Shown: one piece after another, positions 58,305-64,000 of the stretch
Position numbering within the stretch: the stretch's first letter is position 1
Layout: every line of letters begins with the position of its first letter
Assembly (NCBI GenBank): GCA_041662065.1
Contig: JBAZTE010000019.1
Location: 13,631-77,630 of the forward strand
Length of the DNA stretch: 64,000 bases
From: Bacteroidales bacterium
GTDB lineage: Bacteria > Bacteroidota > Bacteroidia > Bacteroidales > UBA12481
Direction of reading: 5' to 3'
Translations under genes and position numbers: made by a program
The notes under the pieces: generated by a model
Told to the model about the DNA's origin: nothing
Databases searched by the model: none
The model's input: only the letters and a program-made list of their open reading frames with translations

Positions 58305-59651
58305 TTATTTTTCTTTATCCAGATAGGCTCCAAAACCCAGCTCCAGTAATTCCTTAACCGGACGGCAATCTGTTGAACAGATGCTCCCCGTCCGATTCTT
58401 TGCCACCGATCCGCAGCCTCCGCCGCAAGCCAGCTGCAGATTGCAGTTTCGGCACTCTTCAATGGCCGTGACATCTCGGTTTTCCCATTCATCGATCAGA
58501 TCAGCCTTTCGGGTAACTTCAGGGTAAAAAGTTCCGAGGGATTCATCAGCTTTGCCAACCGTAGCGGTACATGGGAAAATATGACCGGTATAATCGAAAG
58601 CCCATTCGGTTTTGCAGGCCGGACAGCCATCGAACAGCGGATCGGGCAAGCTTCCGTTTTCAGCCAGGAATTTTGAAACGGAATAGGCTGGCTTATAGAA
58701 TTCCAGAATGTGAGGAAATTTCATTGTCAGGTTGAAAATCGACTCATAGAGTGCAATCCTGCTGAACAGCTTATCCGGCGAAGCTTGGCAATGATGAAGT
58801 TCATAGTTGCGTCCGATCTGTGTTTTAAAGAATGGGCTCACCGTCCAGCCCTTGTCAATGGCAAATCGGGCAAGGTCGGCAAGTCCGTCGATGTTTTCGC
58901 GGTCGGCGACCATGCGGAGGTTTATCGGAATGTTATGGGCCAGACAAACATCGATACCTTTGACAATTTTCTCAAAGGTTGAGCCTCCGCCTTTCAGGAA
59001 TCGGCGATTATCGTGCACTGCACCAACGCCATCCAGGGTAACTTGAATTTCACGAATCCGTCCCTCCTTTAAAATCTCCAGATACTCCTCCAGTGCATAG
59101 CCGTTGGTTACAAAACATACATCAAGTTGAAGGAAACTGGCCTGATACAGGAAGTATGAGATCAGTTCTTTCTGTTTGGACGAGTTCAGGAGGGGTTCAC
59201 CGCCAAATACGGTAATGTATGTTTTCCTGCCGGCAAATTCCTTTGTGATGTATTGAAAAAACGCATCGATAATCTCCGTACCCAAAGTCTGGTTTGGATT
59301 TGAGTACTCGTCCTGGTAGCAATAGGTACAGGCAAAATTGCAGGTATAATTGGGTACGAAAAAGAGCTGCACTTCATCCTGATCCCGTGCATCGGTAAAA
59401 TCAAGATATTTCAAACGGTACAGTCGTTTCTCCTCCTCATCTTCCAGGATATAACCCTTCTCTGTCAAATCGGCCATGAACTCCGGATTGACCAGCTTAC
59501 CGGCAACCAGATCATTCACCATCTGCCCCTCAGCCGGAGTCAGAATATCCGCATTTCCAGTCAGGATATTGACAATAAACCAATTATCCGATCCGGAGAT
59601 TTTTGAGAAGATATTATGTTTTGAAAAAATCATGGTATCAACAGGCTTCAT
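58305..59651 (-). CDS. Radical SAM enzyme with full SPASM domain and ~100-aa N-terminal extension (peptide-maturase-like)
   Basis: CNFACTYC (C104/C108/C111) is the CX3CX2C motif. The SPASM region reads CKTEWAFDYTGHIFPC (CX9GX4C), then CRNCNLQLACGGGC (CX2CX5CX3C), with further downstream Cys. Confidence 0.85.
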   Translation of the reverse strand: MKPVDTMIFSKHNIFSKISGSDNWFIVNILTGNADILTPAEGQMVNDLVAGKLVNPEFMADLTEKGYILEDEEEKRLYRLKYLDFTDARDQDEVQLFFVPNYTCNFACTYCYQDEYSNPNQTLGTEIIDAFFQYITKEFAGRKTYITVFGGEPLLNSSKQKELISYFLYQASFLQLDVCFVTNGYALEEYLEILKEGRIREIQVTLDGVGAVHDNRRFLKGGGSTFEKIVKGIDVCLAHNIPINLRMVADRENIDGLADLARFAIDKGWTVSPFFKTQIGRNYELHHCQASPDKLFSRIALYESIFNLTMKFPHILEFYKPAYSVSKFLAENGSLPDPLFDGCPACKTEWAFDYTGHIFPCTATVGKADESLGTFYPEVTRKADLIDEWENRDVTAIEECRNCNLQLACGGGCGSVAKNRTGSICSTDCRPVKELLELGFGAYLDKEK

Positions 59652-59656
59652 GCAGG

Positions 59657-59758
59657 TCAGTCATGGCAACCGGCAACTACCTTAGAGGTTTTGGCACAAC
59701 ATTGCGCCGTTTTTTTGACGGTTGTCTTTTCGTTTTTCTTTTTAATCAATGTTTTCAT
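59657..59758 (-). CDS. Unlisted 33-codon ORF, candidate precursor peptide MKTLIKKKNEKTTVKKTAQCCAKTSKVVAGCHD
   Basis: I translated it by hand from the minus strand. The ATG is at 59758-59756 and the TGA at 59659-57, 5 nt before the radical SAM ATG. It has 9 Lys in the leader-like half and Cys20, Cys21 and Cys31. It falls below the 60-aa cutoff of the ORF track. Confidence 0.55.
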   Translation of the reverse strand: MKTLIKKKNEKTTVKKTAQCCAKTSKVVAGCHD

Positions 59759-59824
59759 AATATGTTATCTGTTAAATATTTGCACTATTCTTCATTTATC
59801 TTCCTTTGCTCAGCATCCTTCTCT

Positions 59825-59851
59825 GTCATCCCTGCGAACGCGGGGATCCCC
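59825..59851. repeat. REP-like hairpin element, copy 4 (degenerate), between the methyltransferase gene and the peptide ORF
   Basis: The sequence is GTCATCCCTGCGAACGCGGGGATCCCC. Confidence 0.7.
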
Positions 59852-59854
59852 ACC

Positions 59855-60502
59855 CTATTTACCACAGCCGCATCCGGCTGCCCTTTTCCCAGCAACCGTA
59901 AAGCTTGCCACTTCGGCTTTGCCTTTCGGATAGGGGTCTGATTCTTCGATTACCTCCACCGATGTGAATCCTGCCAGGGCCAGGTGCTGCATGTAATCAG
60001 CCCGGGTTACCGCACCGGCCCAGCATTCGGCAATTGCGACGGGATCGTTCCGGTATTCATCGGGAATAGCAACGGTAGCATAGATATCACTGATGATAAA
60101 TCGTCCGCCTTTTTTCAGTATCCGATAGATTTCGTTCCAGACCACCTGTTTATCGGAGGCATGATTGAGCGTACAATTGGAAATCACGAGATCAGCCGAT
60201 TGGTCCTGCAATTCGATTTTTTCCAATTCACTTTTAACAAACATCACATTGGTCACTCCAAGTTTATCGGCATTTCTCCTGGCTTTCTCCAACATACCGT
60301 CAGCCATATCAATACCAAAAACAAAGCCTTCAGAACCCACTTTATCAGCCATGCGAAGCACATCGTTACCGCGACCGCTGCCCAGATCGACACATACCTC
60401 CCCGGGCATGGGTTCGGCATAGTTGATCGCCCCTCCGCATGAAAGGCAGCAATCGGATTCTGCCAATTGACTGTAACGATTGTTTATCTCTTTAATTTCC
60501 AT
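59855..60502 (-). CDS. ArsM-like (arsenite/thiol) SAM-dependent methyltransferase
   Basis: The N-terminal Cys cluster is SDCCLSCGG, motif I is VDLGSGRGND, and ISNCTLNH matches the conserved SNCV-type Cys. The C-terminus is AGCGCGK. Confidence 0.65.
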   Translation of the reverse strand: MEIKEINNRYSQLAESDCCLSCGGAINYAEPMPGEVCVDLGSGRGNDVLRMADKVGSEGFVFGIDMADGMLEKARRNADKLGVTNVMFVKSELEKIELQDQSADLVISNCTLNHASDKQVVWNEIYRILKKGGRFIISDIYATVAIPDEYRNDPVAIAECWAGAVTRADYMQHLALAGFTSVEVIEESDPYPKGKAEVASFTVAGKRAAGCGCGK

Positions 60503-60572
60503 ATAAAAAATTCGACTGGTTATTCTATATTAATCTAGCATCCAAAGACTTTACGGTAGTAAAGATACGGAA

Positions 60573-60812
60573 TTAACAGCTTCGGCAGGGTCGGTTTATG
60601 AAGGCCAGGCCCAGGAAGCCTCCTGAGATGATACTCAGGTACGGGTTGCTGGTTATGGCGCAGGATCCTGAAGCGCAGCCGATAAAGTGATAATACAGAT
60701 ACCCCAGGATTCCTCCTATAATGATAGCCCTGGCCGGTGTCCAGAAATAAGCTGAACCCATCAGTTCCCTGAATGTCTTTGGTTTGGCAACCACTTCGCA
60801 GTCTTTACTCAT
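60573..60812 (-). CDS. Small two-TM membrane protein with GCASGSC and CRSC motifs (DUF6132-like)
   Basis: The 79-aa protein reads GGILGYLYYHFIGCASGSCAITSNP. The family name is from memory only. Confidence 0.5.
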   Translation of the reverse strand: MSKDCEVVAKPKTFRELMGSAYFWTPARAIIIGGILGYLYYHFIGCASGSCAITSNPYLSIISGGFLGLAFINRPCRSC

Positions 60813-60834
60813 CTTTCATTATTAAGTCCAGGCA

Positions 60835-60842
60835 CAAAAGTA
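60835..60842 (-). promoter_or_regulatory. -7 box TACTTTTG for the minus-strand operon
   Basis: Plus-strand CAAAAGTA lies 22 nt upstream of ATG 60812. Confidence 0.5.
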
Positions 60843-60865
60843 CATAATCTTATTGAATAAATCGC

Positions 60866-60896
60866 TTTAGTATCACCTAAATCTTTTTAGTATCAC
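60866..60896 (-). promoter_or_regulatory. Two exact 11-nt direct repeats GTGATACTAAA (minus strand), 20-bp period, upstream of the -7 box
   Basis: Plus-strand TTTAGTATCAC occurs at 60866-60876 and 60886-60896. Confidence 0.5.
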
Positions 60897-60921
60897 TTTT
60901 GTTATTACCTTCGTGGGTCGA

Positions 60922-61043
60922 GAATGGAACGCGGATTTGCGCGGGTCCCTGCGGGAGCGCGGATTAACACGGATCTTTTAATTTAAGAAAATCAACGAAA
61001 ATCAGCTTTACCGGAGGTATCCGCGCAAATCCGCGTTCCATTC
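60922..61043. mobile_element. 122-bp MITE-like palindromic element, copy B
   Basis: The terminal inverted repeats are GAATGGAACGC / GCGTTCCATTC. The flanks extend the palindrome (CGTGGGTCGAGAA / TTCTTCACCCACG). It is roughly 80 percent identical to 2821-2942 by eye. Confidence 0.7.
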
Positions 61044-61077
61044 TTCACCCACGTCACCATGAAACATTAAGTTAATT

Positions 61078-61518
61078 ATGACCCGAATTTTTCGTGAAGG
61101 GATAACCGAAGTCGAGTTGAAATTGCTTTTTGAGAGCGATCAGGCTTGTCTGGAATTCCTTGCTGATTTAAAATGGTCGAAGGGATTTACCTGCCGGAAA
61201 TGCGGGAACGATAATTCCTGTCCCGGTAAAACACCATTTGCGCGGCGTTGCACAAAATGCAAATCCGAAGAATCTGCTACTACGGGTACCATTTTCCATC
61301 ACTGCAAATTCCCGGTCAGCAAGGCGTTTTACATTGCCTATCATGTTTGCAAAGGAAAAGAGGACATATCAACCTATGAATTCGCCCGTCGTTTGTCGCT
61401 CCGTCAAATGACCTGCTGGAACTTCAAGAATAAAACCATGACGGCACTCAGCCAGATGCCTTCCCTGACAGAGAATGAAAAGTCGGCCATCGAGCGGATG
61501 CTGAGCAGTGGGCAGTAA
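61078..61518 (+). CDS. IS1595-type transposase zinc-ribbon N-terminal domain only (no DDE domain)
   Basis: The protein reads CLEFLADLKWSKGFTCRKCG...RRCTKCKSEES. At 146 aa, the catalytic half is absent. Confidence 0.55.
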   Translation: MTRIFREGITEVELKLLFESDQACLEFLADLKWSKGFTCRKCGNDNSCPGKTPFARRCTKCKSEESATTGTIFHHCKFPVSKAFYIAYHVCKGKEDISTYEFARRLSLRQMTCWNFKNKTMTALSQMPSLTENEKSAIERMLSSGQ

Positions 61519-61530
61519 GCAGTACATTAT

Positions 61531-61566
61531 CCCCGGCAGAAGTGTCATCCCCGCGAAGGCGGGGAC
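61531..61566. repeat. REP-like hairpin element, copy 5
   Basis: The sequence is CCCCGGCAGAAGTGTCATCCCCGCGAAGGCGGGGAC. Confidence 0.8.
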
Positions 61567-61707
61567 CGCTTGACATTAGCAGAAAGTTTGCAGTGGGCTA
61601 AATCGAAAAATCGTTTCCTTTATTAACAATTTCATAACATACCGGTAATCTCCAGTTCATACGATCGGATCATTTTTGTATCGGAATTAACCAAATGTTC
61701 AGATCAT

Positions 61708-63039
61708 ATGAAATCATTAAAACTATCCTTTATTCTATTGTGTCTTTTGACGGTCTCATTTGCAGAAAGCAGATTGATGGCCCAGGTAATGGAAGAATCC
61801 AAGCCGGATACTGTATACCCCATCATTGAAAAACTGCAATCCGATGCTGCGCTGTTCAGCCGTCTGAAAATCACCGGATATATACAGTCCCAGTTTCAGA
61901 AAGCCGACACTGCCGGCATTGAATCCTTCGCAGCCGGCAATTTCCCTGCAGGTATCGACAACCGTTTTGCCGTTCGCCGCGGGCGTTTTAAGCTGGCTTA
62001 TGATCATGCTTTCTCGCAGTATGTTCTCCAGGTGGATGTTACCGAAAAGGGGGTCGGCATAAAAGATGCTTATGTAAGTTTTACCGATCCCTGGTTACAG
62101 TGCTTTGCAGTTACCGCCGGGGTTTTCGACCGCCCGTTCGGTTATGAAATCTCCTATTCTTCAAGTTCAAGGGAAAGTCCGGAACGGTCCAGGATGTTTC
62201 AGACCCTTTTCCCGGGAGAACGTGACCTTGGTGCCAAATTAACTTTCCAGCCCCCGAAAACATCGAGATTCAATTTCATTAAAATCGATGCAGGCATGTT
62301 CAACGGAAGCGGACCAAACGTAGTGGATTTCGACCGGTATAAAGACTTCATCAGTCATTTGTCTGTCATCAAGACGAATCGCAGCGAAAAACTGAAAGCC
62401 GGTATCGGATTATCCTATTATAACGGAGGATGGAGACAAGGAACGAAATACAACTATTCCATGAACGACGTTGCAGCAGGTGAAGGTAATGCTATAGCCT
62501 TTGAAATTGATTCAGTGGCCTCTGCTGTCGGGAGCAAGCTCCGCAGGGAGTATTTCGGAACCGATGCCCAGGTTTTATTCGATTCGCCATTGGGACTCAC
62601 GCAGCTTCGTGGCGAGTATATCATGGGCACCCAACCGGGCATTGCCTCCAGCTCGTCAAGTCCGGCCACCCAGCCGGGTGATGCCTACATCCGCAAGTTT
62701 AACGGAGCCTATTTCTATTGGGTGCAGAATATCCTTCAATCCAAATTCCAAACGGTGGTGAAGTATGATTTTTACGATCCAAATACCGGTGTAACCGGGG
62801 ATAACATCGGAGTAAAAATATCTGGCAAAAACAAAGCCACAAACGCAGCTGACATAAAGTATTCAACACTTGGCCTGGGTTTGGTATACAAATGGAACAG
62901 CCAGGTAAAAATAACCGCCTACTATGATATGGTGTCAAACGAGACCACCACAGCACTGAAAAATGCCAGCACCCTTAAAGATCTTTCAACGAACAGGCTC
63001 GACAACGTATTGACCCTTCGAGTTCAATATAAATTTTAA
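61708..63039 (+). CDS. Outer-membrane porin (phosphate-selective O/P-like by context)
   Basis: It has a signal peptide, beta-strand periodicity and a terminal ...LRVQYKF. It lies immediately upstream of pstS. Confidence 0.6.
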   Translation: MKSLKLSFILLCLLTVSFAESRLMAQVMEESKPDTVYPIIEKLQSDAALFSRLKITGYIQSQFQKADTAGIESFAAGNFPAGIDNRFAVRRGRFKLAYDHAFSQYVLQVDVTEKGVGIKDAYVSFTDPWLQCFAVTAGVFDRPFGYEISYSSSSRESPERSRMFQTLFPGERDLGAKLTFQPPKTSRFNFIKIDAGMFNGSGPNVVDFDRYKDFISHLSVIKTNRSEKLKAGIGLSYYNGGWRQGTKYNYSMNDVAAGEGNAIAFEIDSVASAVGSKLRREYFGTDAQVLFDSPLGLTQLRGEYIMGTQPGIASSSSSPATQPGDAYIRKFNGAYFYWVQNILQSKFQTVVKYDFYDPNTGVTGDNIGVKISGKNKATNAADIKYSTLGLGLVYKWNSQVKITAYYDMVSNETTTALKNASTLKDLSTNRLDNVLTLRVQYKF

Positions 63040-63111
63040 ATGATTCAAACCTTAACATTAGCTTAATATACCATCCATTTCATGAACGTAACTTTGCAAA
63101 ATATGAATACA

Positions 63112-63939
63112 ATGAAAAACAAAACTCTAAAAATGATGGCATTGGCACTTTTGCTGCCGGCCATGATACAGGCTCAGTCTTTCAAAATCAAAGGCAGTGA
63201 CACGGTCCTTCCCCTTTCACAGGCTGAAGCTGAAGCGTATATGAAAAAAGATTCCAAAACATCCATCGCGGTAACCGGAGGAGGTTCCGGCGTAGGATTG
63301 TCAGCAATCATCAGCGGAACCACCGATATCGCCCAAGCTTCACGTTCCATGAAAATGGATGAGAAACTCAAAATGCAGGAAGCCGGCAAAGCCTTTAAAG
63401 AGGTAATTATTGCCTATGATGCTCTTGCTGTGGTTGTAAATCCTGCTAACCCGGTGAACCAGCTGACCCGTGAACAGTTGGAAGGAATTTTCACCGGTAA
63501 AATCACCAACTGGAAAGAAGTCGGCGGAGAGGATGCCAAAATCGTAGCATACTCACGGGAGACCAGTTCCGGAACCTATGAATTCTTCAAGGATCATGTG
63601 CTGAATAAAAAGAATTTTGGCACGAATGCCTTGCTGATGCCGGCAACCGGAGCCATTACGCAGTCGGTCAGCCAGACCAGAGGCGCCATCGGATATGTAG
63701 GGCTGGCGTATGTTGAAAAAGCAGTCAAAGCGCTGAAAGTCTCTTATGATAAGGGAAAAACATATGTTGCTCCATCAGTTGCTTCAGCCATGGATAAAAC
63801 ATACCCGATCACACGCCCCCTTTACTATTACTATCTTGTTTCTATTGAAAAAACCGTTTCGCCCTATATCAATTATGTATTATCACCGGAAGGGCAAAAG
63901 GTTGTTTCGCAGACCGGATATGTACCACTCAAAAAATAA
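63112..63939 (+). CDS. pstS: Phosphate ABC transporter substrate-binding protein
   Basis: The protein reads IKGSDTVLPL...VTGGGSGVGL...SRETSSGTYEFF. The start could also be 63082 or 63103. Confidence 0.85.
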   Translation: MKNKTLKMMALALLLPAMIQAQSFKIKGSDTVLPLSQAEAEAYMKKDSKTSIAVTGGGSGVGLSAIISGTTDIAQASRSMKMDEKLKMQEAGKAFKEVIIAYDALAVVVNPANPVNQLTREQLEGIFTGKITNWKEVGGEDAKIVAYSRETSSGTYEFFKDHVLNKKNFGTNALLMPATGAITQSVSQTRGAIGYVGLAYVEKAVKALKVSYDKGKTYVAPSVASAMDKTYPITRPLYYYYLVSIEKTVSPYINYVLSPEGQKVVSQTGYVPLKK

Positions 63940-63956
63940 AGGACATCTGATAGACT

Positions 63957-64000
63957 ATGAAATTGCTCCGACGGATTACTGAAAAGATAACGCACGGGAT
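63957..64000 (+). CDS. Start of a probable pstC permease gene (truncated by the window end)
   Basis: ATG 63957 gives MKLLRRITEKITHG. The call rests on position after pstS only. Confidence 0.35.
   Translation, partial: MKLLRRITEKITHG

Noticed and set aside
59649-59659. The precursor-ORF stop TGA (59659-59657) could be read as selenocysteine, extending the peptide by Sec-Pro-Ala to the next in-frame TGA.
   Set aside because: I cannot draw a bacterial SECIS-like hairpin immediately downstream, because that sequence is the start of the rSAM gene. No selA/selB/selD genes or tRNA-Sec are present in the window. A plain stop with translational coupling is the simpler reading. It would be worth revisiting only if the genome encodes Sec machinery.

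Overview
This 64-kb segment reads as a Bacteroidota chromosome. Supporting signs are two T9SS-type C-terminal sorting domains, a TonB-dependent receptor, PKD/FISUMP lipoproteins, TAnnTTTG-type -7 promoter boxes and frequent ATGA start/stop overlaps. I can support about 55 protein genes, one tRNA(CAU), one TPP riboswitch and several terminators, and the intergenic regions are unusually repeat-rich. Housekeeping genes include ribBA, fmt, cdd, panB, dnaK, a peroxiredoxin, xseA/xseB, trx, a CCA/poly(A) polymerase-family enzyme, lptF/G-family, crcB and a porin-pstS-pstC start. Accessory content includes a LiaF-like/LytS-like/LytTR module, glycosyltransferases, a glycan-hydrolase-like gene run containing a URO-D-family protein, yefM-yoeB, two T9SS peptidases, a GT2/methyltransferase/GT-C trio and three FISUMP-domain lipoproteins (two of them tandem paralogs). 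The most interesting locus is a minus-strand operon at 56605-60812. It holds an unlisted 33-codon Lys-rich, Cys-bearing ORF ending 5 nt before a radical SAM/SPASM enzyme, then a thioredoxin-thioredoxin reductase fusion and a DUF302 protein. Upstream of these lie an ArsM-like methyltransferase and a small Cys-motif membrane protein, and the locus is bordered on its upstream side by mobile-type repeats and a transposase-derived gene. I read it as a candidate uncharacterised RiPP-like or redox-peptide system. The second notable feature is a set of strand-oriented short tandem word repeats in intergenic regions, purine-rich on the sense strand after stop codons. A REP-like hairpin family (5 copies) and a 122-bp MITE-like palindromic element (2 copies) are also present. 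All functional calls come from motif recognition by eye; no database search was run.
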